This document shows positions 32,423-42,881 of a stretch of 64,000 nt of DNA, one piece after another. Numbering within the stretch: position 1 is the stretch's first letter; each line of letters begins with the position of its first letter. The position numbers and the translations under genes were made by a program. The stretch covers positions 160,001 through 224,000 of the forward strand of contig JAULAX010000005.1 in NCBI GenBank assembly GCA_032654565.1. Direction: 5' to 3'. The notes beneath the pieces were generated by a model. That model was given only the letters and a program-made list of their open reading frames with translations. It had not been told where the DNA came from and ran no database searches. The DNA is from Anaeromyxobacteraceae bacterium (GTDB lineage: Bacteria; Myxococcota; Myxococcia; Myxococcales; Anaeromyxobacteraceae).

Positions 32423-33388
32423 TCAGCGAGCCACGTGGCAGGAGGCCGACCGCCCGCCGGCCAGCTCGGTGAGGCGCGGCTCCTCGGTCCGGCAGCGGTC
32501 GATCACCTGCGTGCAGCGCGGGTGGAAGCGGCAGCCGGGGGGCGGGCTGCGCAGGCTGGGCGGCGCCCCGGGGATGCTGGTCAGCTCCTCGTCGAGGCCG
32601 TGCACCGAGGGGAAGGCCTTGAGCAGCCCCTGGGTGTAGGGGTGGCGCGGGCTGGAGCGGAGCTCGGCGGCCGGCGCCAGCTCCACCAGCCGGCCGGAGT
32701 AGAAGATGGCCACCCGGTCGCAGATCTGCATCATCCGGGTCAGGTCGTGGGTGATGAAGATCACCGAGAAGCCGAAGCGGCGCTTCAGCTCCAGGATCTT
32801 CTGCAGGATCTCGCCTTCGACGATGACGTCGAGGGCGGTGGTCGGCTCGTCGAGGACCACCAGCGCCGGATCGAGCGCCAGGGCGATGGCGATGCCGACC
32901 CGCTGGCGCATGCCGCCGGAGAGCTGGTGCGGGTAGCTCTCCAGCCGGTCGGCGTCGATGCCCACCAGCGCCAGCAGCTCGACCGAGCGCTCGCGTAGGC
33001 TGGCGGCGCTCGGCCCGCCGGCGCCGTGGGCGCGCAGGGTGTCGCCCAGCTGCTCGCCGATGGTGAGCACCGGGTTGAGGGCGTCCATGGCGCTCTGGAA
33101 GACCATGGAGAGCCGCTTCCAGCGCACCGCCCGCAGCGCCGCCTCGCCGAGGCCGAGCAGGTCCTGCCCCTCGAAGAGCACCTGCCCGCCGGTGATCACC
33201 GCCGGCGGCGGTAGGATTCGCAGCACCGCCTGGGCCACCGTCGACTTGCCGCTGCCGGACTCGCCGGCGATGCCCAGCACCTCGCCGCGGGCCACGTCGA
33301 AGGAGACGCGATCCACGGCCCGCACCGGCCCCTGGTCGGAGATGTACTCGACGCTCAGGTCGCGCACCGACAGCAGCGGCTCACTCAT
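32423..33388 (-). CDS. Opp/Dpp-family ABC ATPase (OppD-like)
   Basis: GESGSGKS, YPHQLSGGMRQR, LDEPTTALD, GCRFHPRC. Confidence 0.92.
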   Translation of the reverse strand: MSEPLLSVRDLSVEYISDQGPVRAVDRVSFDVARGEVLGIAGESGSGKSTVAQAVLRILPPPAVITGGQVLFEGQDLLGLGEAALRAVRWKRLSMVFQSAMDALNPVLTIGEQLGDTLRAHGAGGPSAASLRERSVELLALVGIDADRLESYPHQLSGGMRQRVGIAIALALDPALVVLDEPTTALDVIVEGEILQKILELKRRFGFSVIFITHDLTRMMQICDRVAIFYSGRLVELAPAAELRSSPRHPYTQGLLKAFPSVHGLDEELTSIPGAPPSLRSPPPGCRFHPRCTQVIDRCRTEEPRLTELAGGRSASCHVAR

Positions 33389-34316
33389 GGGTCACCACCA
33401 CCGGCGTGGAGCGGGTCACCGGCTGGTGCCGGGCCAGCAGCCAGGAGCGCCAGGCGCGCTCCAGCTGGAGGCGCGGGTTGGTGATCTCGTCGAAGCCGGA
33501 GTTGAGCATCACCAGGCCGAAGCCGACCAGGGCCACGCAGAGCCCGGTCGGCACGAAGGTCCACCAGGCGCCGGTCAGCAGCGCCGAGTCGTTGGTGGCC
33601 CAGTAGAGGTTGGTGCCCCAGGTGACGGCGGAGACGTCGCCGAGCCCGAGGAACTCCAGCCCCACCTGGGCGCCGATGGCGTAGACGGCGCTGCCGATCA
33701 CCTGGGCCACCAGCAGGGAGGTCATGTTGGGGAGGATCTCGCGGGTGATGATGCGCAGGTGGCTCTCGCCGCTCACCACCGCGGCGGCGATGAAGTCGCG
33801 CTGCCGCAGCATCAGGGTCTGGGCCCGCAGCACCCGGGCGTTCCAGGCCCAGCCGGTCACCACCAGCACGAAGGCCACGGTGCCGGGGCCGGCCGGCAGG
33901 TAGGCGGCGATGACGATGGCCAGCGGCAGGCCGGGGAGCACCAGGAAGACGTTGAACACCAGGGAGAGCAGGCCGTCGACCTGGCCGCCGAAGTAGCCGG
34001 CGGTGACCCCCATGAGCGCCCCCACCAGCACCACCGCGGCCCCGACGCCGAAGCCGATCAGCAGCGAGACCCGGGTGCCGACCACGGTCTGGGCCAGCAC
34101 GTCCTGCCCCTGCCCGGTGGTGCCGAGCCAGTGGGCCAGGGAGGGCGGCTGCAGCGGCACGCCGACCAGCGCGTCCGGGCTGGCCACCAGCCACGGGCCG
34201 ACCAGGCCGAGCAGCACGAAGACCCCGATGATGGCCACGCCCACCGAGGCCTTGCGGTCGCGGCGGATGGCCTCCCACCAGGCGGCGGCGCCGGTGGAGC
34301 GTTCGCCGGCGCTCAT
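33381..34316 (-). CDS. ABC permease (OppC-like)
   Basis: HWLGTTGQGQD, EAA-like loop FIAAAVVSGES, LEFLGLG. Confidence 0.9.
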   Translation of the reverse strand: MSAGERSTGAAAWWEAIRRDRKASVGVAIIGVFVLLGLVGPWLVASPDALVGVPLQPPSLAHWLGTTGQGQDVLAQTVVGTRVSLLIGFGVGAAVVLVGALMGVTAGYFGGQVDGLLSLVFNVFLVLPGLPLAIVIAAYLPAGPGTVAFVLVVTGWAWNARVLRAQTLMLRQRDFIAAAVVSGESHLRIITREILPNMTSLLVAQVIGSAVYAIGAQVGLEFLGLGDVSAVTWGTNLYWATNDSALLTGAWWTFVPTGLCVALVGFGLVMLNSGFDEITNPRLQLERAWRSWLLARHQPVTRSTPVVVTHE

Positions 34317-35296
34317 GACGCCACCTCGCGGGTCCGCGGGTCGAGCCAGACGTAGACCAGGTCGACCAGCCAGTTGGCGCCCAGCACCGCCAGGGTGATG
34401 ACCAGGAAGATCCCCTGCATGAGCGGGTAGTCCTGGTTGCGGACCGCCTGCACCAGCAGGTAGCCCTGCCCCGGGTAGGAGAAGACGATCTCGGTGAGCA
34501 GCGAGCCGCCCAGCACGAAGCCGATGGCCATGCCGAAGCCGGTGACGCTGGGGAGCAGGGCGTTGCGGGCGGCGTAGCGCAGCACCACCCGCGAGGGCTT
34601 GAGCCCCTTGGCGCGGGCCAGGGCCACGTAGTCGGAGCCGAGGATGGAGATCATGGTGTTGCGCATGCCCAGCATCCAGCCGCCCAGGGTGGCGATGACG
34701 ATCGAGCCCATGGGGAGCGCGGCGTGGCGCCAGACGTCGGCCATGAAGGCCAGGTTCCAGCCCGGGGTCAGGTCATCGCCGTAGGCGTGACCGAGCGGGA
34801 AGAGCCGCAGCTGGAAGCCGAGCACGTAGAGCATCACCATGGCCAGCCAGAAGTAGGGGAAGGCGCCGATGAAGGCGAAGAAGGCGGGGAGGATGGTGTC
34901 CACCCAGCCGCCGCGCCACCAGGCCGCCGCCACGCCCAGCAGCGTGCCGATGGCGAAGCTGAGGATCACCGCGGTGCCGGCCAGGAAGAGGGTCCAGGTG
35001 AGGCCGCCGCCGATCACCGTGCTCACCGGGGCGGGGAAGTAGGCCACCGAGGTGCCGAGGTCGCCGTGCAGCACGTGGTTCAGGTAGGTGAAGTACTGCT
35101 GGAGGAGCGGCGCGTCGGTGAGGCCGAAGGCCTCGCGCAGCCCCTTGACCGCCTCCGGGCTGAGCCGCCCCTTGAAGCGGGCGAAGAGCGCGGTGGCCGG
35201 GTCGCCCGGCATCAGCCGCGGCAGGAAGAAGTTGAGGGTGAGCGCGGCCCAGCCCGCCAGCAGGTAGAAGCCGAGCCGCTTGAGGATGTAGTTCAT
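34313..35296 (-). CDS. ABC permease (OppB-like)
   Basis: RLMPGDP, HGDLGTS, YVALARAKGL, EIVFSYPG, DYPLMQG. Confidence 0.92.
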   Translation of the reverse strand: MNYILKRLGFYLLAGWAALTLNFFLPRLMPGDPATALFARFKGRLSPEAVKGLREAFGLTDAPLLQQYFTYLNHVLHGDLGTSVAYFPAPVSTVIGGGLTWTLFLAGTAVILSFAIGTLLGVAAAWWRGGWVDTILPAFFAFIGAFPYFWLAMVMLYVLGFQLRLFPLGHAYGDDLTPGWNLAFMADVWRHAALPMGSIVIATLGGWMLGMRNTMISILGSDYVALARAKGLKPSRVVLRYAARNALLPSVTGFGMAIGFVLGGSLLTEIVFSYPGQGYLLVQAVRNQDYPLMQGIFLVITLAVLGANWLVDLVYVWLDPRTREVAS

Positions 35297-35306
35297 GGCG
35301 GCGCGC

Positions 35307-36973
35307 CTAGCGGGGCTCGAGCGCGGTGAGCACCAGCAGGGTCTCGCCGCGGTCGAACTTGTTGGGGGAGGGATCGGCGTAGCGGTTGGTGGCGGTGGGG
35401 AAGCCGGTGAAGCGGCTGGTGTTGAACTCGGCCCACGACGGGTTGGGGTAGAGCGGGATGGCCGGGGCCTCGGCGGCGAAGACCCGCTGCAGCGCCCCGG
35501 AGAGGCGGCGCTGCTCGGCCACGTCGGGCTCGCGCTCGAAGGCGGCCAGCAGCTTGTCGGCCTCGGCGCTGCCGTAGCGGTGCCAGTTGGACATGGCCGG
35601 GGTGCCGACCGGCTTGATGGTCTCGGTCGACATCAGCCAGCGGTAGAAGGTGTAGGGGGTCGGCCCCTCGAACGACCAGCCGATGGAGAGGTCGAAGTTC
35701 CCCTCCTGCACCCGCTGCGACCAGGCCCCGTAGTCGTAGGTGCGGACCGAGGCGTCCACCCCCAGCTCGCGCAGGCCGCGGGCGATCACCTGGGCGGCCC
35801 GCACCCAGTCGGACCAGCCGGAGACCGCCATCACCTCGTACTTCCAGGGCTTGCCGTCGGGGAGGCGGCGGAGGCCGTCCTTTCCGCGCCGGTGGCCGGC
35901 CTGGTCGAGCAGGGCGTTGGCCTTGGTGACGTCGCGGCGGACCCAGTCGGCGGCGGCGGCCTCGGGGTCGCGCCAGCCGGCGTAGGCGTCGGAGAGGCCG
36001 GTGGCGTCGGCGGGGCGCGAGTACTTGTAGAGCGCCACCTCGATGACCAGGTCGCGGTCGATGGCCATGCTCAGGGCCTTGCGGACCCGGACGTCGTCGA
36101 AGGGGGGCCGGCCGGTGTTGGCGTAGAGGAAGATGGTGGTGCCGGTGAGCGGGAACCAGTAGGCGTGGTCCTTGGGCGAGCGCCCCACGAAGACCCGGTC
36201 GATGGCCGGGACGAAGTTGCCGGCCCAGTCGACCTCGTCGAAGACCAGCGCCAGGTTGGACCGCTCGTTGGACGGGTAGGCGGGGAAGCGCAGCGCCTCG
36301 ACCCTGGGCTTGCCCGGCTGCCAGTAGTCGGGGTTGCGGCCGATCTCGTAGACCTGGTTCTGGAAGAGGCGGACCTGGGTGAACGGGCCGGTGGCCACCG
36401 GGTTCTCGTTGGAGAAGCTGACCGGGTCGGCCACCTGGCTCCAGACGTGCTCCGGGACGATGAGCTGGGCCAGCACGTCGTCGGCGCCGGGGAGGTAGAC
36501 CCGGCTGAAGACGACGTCGACGGTGGCGTCGTCGACCAGCTCGACGCCGGCCAGGTAGCCCCAGAGGCCGCGCTTGTCGAGGGCCGGGAACTTCTCCAGC
36601 AGGTTGATGGTGAAGGCCACGTCACGGGCGGTGAAGGGCTTGCCGTCCGACCAGCGCACCCCGGGGCGGGTGAAGATGCGCAGCCGCCGGTTCTGGTCGC
36701 GCCAGTGGGAGTCCCTGGCCAGCCAGGGGATGAGCTCGCCGCGCACCCCGCTGAAGACGTAGAGCGGCTCGTAGATGCCGGCCCAGGTGGGCCAGCGCGG
36801 CGCGGTGGCGGTGGTGAGCGGGTTGAAGTTGCGGATCCAGGAGGCCTCCTGCTCCACCGAGACGGTGAGCACGCCGCGCGGGGCGGCGGGGCGCTCGCGG
36901 ACGCAGCCGGCGGCGAGCAGCAGGGCCGCGGCGGCGCAGGCGCAGGTGGCCACCTCCACCGGGCGGCCCAGGC

Positions 36974-36977
<4 letters not shown>
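35307..36977 (-). CDS. Family-5 ABC solute-binding lipoprotein, probably for gluco-oligosaccharides
   Basis: Lipobox LAAGC; RNFNPL, IYEPL, WSDGKPFTARDVAFT, GTGPF-like ATGPF, GWSDW. Confidence 0.88.
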
Positions 36978-37807
<830 letters not shown>

Positions 37808-37816
37808 GTGACCTCC

Positions 37817-39067
37817 TCAGCGGCGCGCCGGAGCGGCCGGGAAATGACGCGGGTCGGTGAGGGCCCGCTGGAGCAGCAAGGTGGCGGCGCCGACGGCGAC
37901 GGCCCGGGCGCCGAGCTGGCTGGTGACGATCCGCGAGACCTCCACCGAGGAGGCCAGGGTGCGGCTGCGCACCGTCTCGCGGAGCGGCTCGAGGAGCAGC
38001 TCGCCGAGCCGGGCCAGGCCGCCGCCGACGATGACCACCGAGGGGTTGAGCATGTTGAGCAGGCCGGCCACGCCGATGCCGAGGGGCACGGCCGCCTCGC
38101 GGACCACCCGCAGCGCCAGCGGGTCTCCGGCCAGGGCGGCGTCCTCCAGCGAGGTGATGCCGAAGTCGCGGCCGGCCAGGGCGCTGCCGGGGTGGTCGGC
38201 GAGCAGCGCCCGGGCGCGCCGCAGCAGCGCCGGAGCCCCCACCATGGTGACCAGGCAGCCGCGCAGGCCACAGCCGCAGGGGGCGCCGTGGGGGTCGATG
38301 GAGAGGTGGCCGACCTCGCCGGCGATGCCGCTGGCGCCGCGGTAGACCTTTCCGTCGACGAAGAAGCCGGCGCCGATGCCGGTGGCCAGCTTGATGTAGG
38401 CGAAGTTGTCGACGTCGCGGCCGGCCCCCCACCAGCGCTCGGCCAGCGCCCCCAGGTTGGCGTCGTTGTCGATCAGCACCGGCACCCGGAAGCGCTTGCG
38501 CAGCGCCTGGCCGACGTTGACCCCCTTCCAGGTGGGGACCACCACGTCGTTGAGGAGGTCGGGGCGGGCCGGGTCGACCGGGCTGGGCACCGCCATCCCC
38601 ACGCCCAGCAGCAGGCCGCGGCGCCCCCCCCAGGAGGCCAGGCAGCGCTCGGCCAGGGTGTTGACCAGGGCCAGGGCGCCGGGCGGGTCGTCGCGCACCG
38701 GGTGCTTCTGGTGCTCCCAGGCCAGCACCGCGCCGCGCAGGTCGGTGAGCGTGGCGGCCACGTGGGTGGCGCCGAGGTCGACGCCGAGGATGACCGCCGC
38801 GGCGTCGTCGAACTGCAGGACGATGGGGCGGCGCCCGCCCTTGGACTCACCGGCCCCCACCTCCTTGACCAGGCCGAGGTCGAGCAGCTCGTCGACGATC
38901 TGCGAGGCGGTGGAGCGGCTCAGCTCCTTGCGCCGGGCGATCTCGGCGCGCGAGAGGGACTGCTCCCGCCAGATCAGCTGGAGCGCCTCGGAGAGGTTGG
39001 CGCGCGGCACCGGCGCCTCCACCGGCGCGGGTGCTCCCTTCCGCCTCCTCTTCATCATTCCGACCAT
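37817..39067 (-). CDS. ROK-family transcriptional repressor (XylR/NagC-like)
   Basis: wHTH SRAEIAR...GGRRP, LGVDLG, IDNDANLGA, GIGAG, AGEVGH, CGCGLRGCL. Confidence 0.92.
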   Translation of the reverse strand: MVGMMKRRRKGAPAPVEAPVPRANLSEALQLIWREQSLSRAEIARRKELSRSTASQIVDELLDLGLVKEVGAGESKGGRRPIVLQFDDAAAVILGVDLGATHVAATLTDLRGAVLAWEHQKHPVRDDPPGALALVNTLAERCLASWGGRRGLLLGVGMAVPSPVDPARPDLLNDVVVPTWKGVNVGQALRKRFRVPVLIDNDANLGALAERWWGAGRDVDNFAYIKLATGIGAGFFVDGKVYRGASGIAGEVGHLSIDPHGAPCGCGLRGCLVTMVGAPALLRRARALLADHPGSALAGRDFGITSLEDAALAGDPLALRVVREAAVPLGIGVAGLLNMLNPSVVIVGGGLARLGELLLEPLRETVRSRTLASSVEVSRIVTSQLGARAVAVGAATLLLQRALTDPRHFPAAPARR

Positions 39068-39126
39068 GTCGCTCCGCCTCGTGCCGCCTGGGGCCGCTCG
39101 CCGCGCCGCCTGCCGGCCCGGCCCGA

Positions 39127-40533
39127 CTACCTGTGGAAGTAGACGTTGTCGATGAAGACCGTCGCGGTGGAGGAGGAGAGGACCAGCTGGGCCAGGTGGG
39201 CCCGGCTGGTGAGCCCGGAGAAGCTGGCCAGGGGGATGTCGAAGGAGATCCACTGGCGGGTGAGCACCGCCGGCGAGGTGGCGGGGGTGAAGGTGAGCTC
39301 GTGCTGGGAGTCGGCGGCGGTGCCGGTGCCCTGGTAGGCCAGGTCGGTGCCGAAGTCGACCAGCTTGATCTTGAAGACGGTGGCGTCCGGCGACCAGACG
39401 TCGACGTGGAGGTGGGTCATGGCGCTGGCGTCGATGGCCTTGGCCCCGGCGAACTCGATGCCGACGTAGAGCAGGCTGGTGTACTTCTTCATCGGGTCGC
39501 CGCCGATGTTCACGTTGGTGAGGTTGGGCCCGGCGTTGATGTTGCTCCAGCTGGCGCCCCAGTTGTCCACCGCGACCTGCGGGTAGGGCTTGGAGAGCAG
39601 GGCGATGACGTCGGCGGCGGGCAGGGTCGGCGCCGGCGGGGCCGCGCTCGGCGCGGTCGGCGGCGGCATGGTGACGTTGACGGTGATGGCGCCGGGGACC
39701 GGCGTGCCGGCCAGGGAGGCGGTGATGCTGGCCTGGCCCGCGCCCACGCCGGTGATGTTGCCGGCTCCGTCCACGGTGGCCACGGTCTGGTCGGAGGAGG
39801 TCCACCGGAAGTAGGCCGAGGCCGGGCCGCTCCCGGCGGTGGCGCCGGAGTTGACGGCGCGGACCGTCCCGTCGAAGTCGGTGTAGTCGAGCGAGAGGCC
39901 GGTGGCGGGGAAGAAGCCGCCGGCGAGGATGCTGTGCGTGGAGGGGGCCAGGGCCGGCTGCAGCGCCATGGCCGAGGCGTCGACGGTGTCGAACCTCACG
40001 TCGTCGAACCAGGCCGTGTAGCCGATGCTGTCCACGGCCTGGAGCCAGAGCACGCCGTACTCGGCGGTGAGCTTCGACGGGTCGGGGATGGGGATGAGGT
40101 GTCGGGTCCACTCGGTGGTGAGCGGCAGGCCGAAGAGGGTGGTCTGGTAGACGTGACCCTGGTTGAAGGTGAGGCCGAAGCCGATGTCGTCGAAGGCGTG
40201 GGGCTCGGAGCCGCGGCTCCAGAAGGTGAGGGCGTTGGTGAAGGAGAGGTCCTGCGGCACGTCGGCGGTGACCGCCCAGCCGGCGTAGCCGGTGGAGGGC
40301 ACGTCGACGCGGATCGAGGAGTTGCCGGCGCGCGAGGTGAGCCGGTCGACGCTGAGGGAGTAGACGTCGGCCCCCTGGGCCGGGTCGAAGGAGTAGGGCG
40401 TGTAGCCCTTGCTGAAGCCGTTGCTGAAGACCGCCAGGCCGGACCCCGGGGGGGGGGACTGGTCGAAGCAGCCGGTGAGGAGGTAGGGGAGCGTCGCCAG
40501 CGCGACCGGGAGCAGCAGCCTTCGAGGAGCCAT
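39127..40533 (-). CDS. Surface lipoprotein with putative carbohydrate-binding modules and an Ig-like (Big_2) domain
   Basis: Lipobox LLTGC; WTSSDQTVATVD (Big_2); C-terminal beta-sandwich ...FIDNVYF; paralog of the neighbouring gene. Confidence 0.7.
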   Translation of the reverse strand: MAPRRLLLPVALATLPYLLTGCFDQSPPPGSGLAVFSNGFSKGYTPYSFDPAQGADVYSLSVDRLTSRAGNSSIRVDVPSTGYAGWAVTADVPQDLSFTNALTFWSRGSEPHAFDDIGFGLTFNQGHVYQTTLFGLPLTTEWTRHLIPIPDPSKLTAEYGVLWLQAVDSIGYTAWFDDVRFDTVDASAMALQPALAPSTHSILAGGFFPATGLSLDYTDFDGTVRAVNSGATAGSGPASAYFRWTSSDQTVATVDGAGNITGVGAGQASITASLAGTPVPGAITVNVTMPPPTAPSAAPPAPTLPAADVIALLSKPYPQVAVDNWGASWSNINAGPNLTNVNIGGDPMKKYTSLLYVGIEFAGAKAIDASAMTHLHVDVWSPDATVFKIKLVDFGTDLAYQGTGTAADSQHELTFTPATSPAVLTRQWISFDIPLASFSGLTSRAHLAQLVLSSSTATVFIDNVYFHR

Positions 40534-40558
40534 GTTCACGCCTCCGGGGGGACGACGC

Positions 40559-40610
40559 ACTTTGTTCGATGCAAGAATTAACTAGAGCCGCCGGCGCCGA
40601 GCCCTGTCAA
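40559..40610 (-). promoter_or_regulatory. Promoter with ROK-type operator 2 (more degenerate)
   Basis: TTGACA at 40610-40605; operator agttaattcttgcatcgaacaaagt (minus strand, 40583-40559). Confidence 0.6.
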
Positions 40611-40639
40611 GGACCCGACGCCGGCGCCTCACCCGCCTG

Positions 40640-42658
40640 CTACTTCCAGAAGTAGACGTTGTCGATGAAGAAGGTGCCGCGCTCCGGAGTCGGGAAGTTG
40701 TCGGTGAAGAGGAGCTGCTGGAGGTTGGTGCTGCCACCCAGCCCCTTGGCGGCGAAGGCCGACATGGGGATGTCGAGGCTCAACCATGCTCCAGTGGAGA
40801 TGGCCGGGGTCGTCACGCCAGTCAGCTGGACCTCGCCCTCCGTCTGGGGCGCTCCGCCGGTCGCCATGTTGACCAGCTTGACGCCGAACTTGGTGGCGTC
40901 GGGCGTCCAGACGTCGACGTGGAAGTTGGTGTAGGTCGAGGCGTCGATGGGGTTGGCGTAGAACTCGGTGCCGACGTAGCTCACGGCGGCGTACTTCTTC
41001 ACCGTCTTCCCGCCGATGACCACGTCGGTGACGACGTTGGGATCACCCCAGCTGGCCGCCCAGTTGATGCCCGGGTGGTCGGTGTAGGTCCCGCTGCTGT
41101 TGTACATGGAGAGGACGTTGGCCGGGAGGTGCGTCGGGGTGAGCGTGGTGGTCGGGGCCATGGGCCCGGTGCCGCCGGTGACGGTGACCGGGATGGTCCC
41201 GAGCAGGCCGACGGTGCCGAAGCGGACCGAGATGGTGGTGGTGCCGGCCTTGAGGCCGGTGACCACGCCGTCGGGGTCCACGCTGGCCACGGTCGGGTCG
41301 GCCGGGGTGAGCGTGTACCAGCGGAAGCTGGTGTTGGTGAGCCGGCCGAGGTTGCTCATCACCGGCGGGCCCCAGGTGACGAAGTTGGGGGCCGAGTCGA
41401 CGGGGAACGGCGTGCCGCCGACGGCGACCGACACCGCAGGCAGGTTGGCCGAGGCGCCGGTCGGGGCGCCCAGGTCAGCGGGGAGGAGGCTCTCGTACTG
41501 GACGTCGTCGAACCAGATGGTGTAGGCCCCCTCCGACCCCTCGGCGAAGTGGAAGAGCCCCAGGGCGGCGGTCATCTTGCTGGGATCGGGGATGGGGATG
41601 ATGTGCTTGGTCCAGGTGGTGGTGAGCGCGACCTGGGTGACCTCGGCCTTGTAGCTCGGGCCGGCCACGCCGGTGTCGCCGATGCCGTCCACGTTGAGGA
41701 TGTGGCCGGCCGTGTCGGCCTTCACCCAGTAGGTGACGGCGTTGTAGGCGGAGAGGTCCTGGGGGGCGGCCACCTTGAGCGTGCCGCCGGTCCAGCCGGC
41801 GGCCGGGACCTCGACGCGGAGCGAGGCGGTGCCGGAGTGGAACTGGGTGGAGTCGACGGTCACCACGTTGGTGGGGCCGCCGTTGTAGCCGAAGAAGGTG
41901 ACGCCGGCGGCGTAGTCATCGGCGAAGACCACCCGGACCGCCCGCGGGACGGTGTCGTAGTCCTGGGTGGCGCTGACGGCGGCGGCGTTGTTGTTGCCGG
42001 CCACGTCGGAGAAGGAGCCGGCCGGGACGGTCACGGTGATGGTGCCGACGGTGGCGGCGGTCGGGGTGACCAGCAGCGTGTAGTGGGTGGCGTCGGTCTT
42101 GCCGAGGGTGGCCGCCTTGGTGCCGCCGGTCACGGTCACGTCGCTGAGCGTGAAGCTGGTGGCGACGTCCTCGCTGAAGGTGAAGGTGAAGGTGACGGGG
42201 CCGGTCGCGGTGGCCGCGGCGACGTCGTCGGTGATGGCCACGGTGGGCGCGACGACGTCGGGCAGGGCGTAGGCCTGGCTGGCGCTGGCGGCGGTGGTGT
42301 TGGCGTTGCCGGCCAGGTCGGAGAAGGCCCCGGCCGCGACCGACACGGAGAGGGTGCCGGACTGGGCGCTGGGGGTGATCAGCATGGCGTAGACGGTGGC
42401 GCTCACCTTGGTGAGCGCGCCCTTGGTCCCGCCGGTGGCGGTGACGTCGGCGGCGGTGAAGCTGGTGCCGACGTCCTCGCTGAAGTTGAAGGTGAAGGTG
42501 ACGGGGCCGGTCGCGGTGGCGCCGGGCACGTCGTCGACGATGGTCAGGGTGGGGGGGGTGGTGTCCGCCGTATCGGTGGAGCTGCTGCCGCAGGCCGCCA
42601 GCAACAGGGTGGGGAGCAACACGAGAGAGGCCGCGAGAGAACGCATCCGACTGGTCAT
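40640..42658 (-). CDS. Surface lipoprotein with two Ig-like repeats and putative carbohydrate-binding modules
   Basis: Lipobox LLAAC; two copies of D..P..T.I...VTFTF.FSEDV.TSFT..DVT..GG; shares IPIPDPSK and FIDNVYF modules with 39127-40533. Confidence 0.7.
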   Translation of the reverse strand: MTSRMRSLAASLVLLPTLLLAACGSSSTDTADTTPPTLTIVDDVPGATATGPVTFTFNFSEDVGTSFTAADVTATGGTKGALTKVSATVYAMLITPSAQSGTLSVSVAAGAFSDLAGNANTTAASASQAYALPDVVAPTVAITDDVAAATATGPVTFTFTFSEDVATSFTLSDVTVTGGTKAATLGKTDATHYTLLVTPTAATVGTITVTVPAGSFSDVAGNNNAAAVSATQDYDTVPRAVRVVFADDYAAGVTFFGYNGGPTNVVTVDSTQFHSGTASLRVEVPAAGWTGGTLKVAAPQDLSAYNAVTYWVKADTAGHILNVDGIGDTGVAGPSYKAEVTQVALTTTWTKHIIPIPDPSKMTAALGLFHFAEGSEGAYTIWFDDVQYESLLPADLGAPTGASANLPAVSVAVGGTPFPVDSAPNFVTWGPPVMSNLGRLTNTSFRWYTLTPADPTVASVDPDGVVTGLKAGTTTISVRFGTVGLLGTIPVTVTGGTGPMAPTTTLTPTHLPANVLSMYNSSGTYTDHPGINWAASWGDPNVVTDVVIGGKTVKKYAAVSYVGTEFYANPIDASTYTNFHVDVWTPDATKFGVKLVNMATGGAPQTEGEVQLTGVTTPAISTGAWLSLDIPMSAFAAKGLGGSTNLQQLLFTDNFPTPERGTFFIDNVYFWK

Positions 42659-42744
42659 GAGTCACGCTCCGAGGGGACGACGGTGTTGGGTACGGCGATG
42701 ATCCCGGGGGCGGCCTTCTCCATCGCTGCTCCGAACGCCCCTTG

Positions 42745-42794
42745 ACTTTGTTTGTCTATCGAACAAACTAACAACCTGCTCGTGGAGATGTCAA
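42745..42794 (-). promoter_or_regulatory. Promoter overlapped by ROK-type operator 3
   Basis: TTGACA-N18-TAGTTT on the minus strand; operator agtttgttcgatagacaaacaaagt (42769-42745). Confidence 0.75.
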
Positions 42795-42881
42795 CGCGAG
42801 TTCGTGAAATGAGCAGGGCCGGGGTGGCGGATTGCCACATTGGCGGGACTTTTAGCGCGGTGCGTTACGGGGAGTCGGGCC

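Noticed and set aside
31505..32998. Repetitive ORFs across the repeat array
   Set aside because: Most repeat periods are not multiples of 3, the translations are Arg/Gly/Ala low-complexity in all frames, and there is no RBS or codon bias
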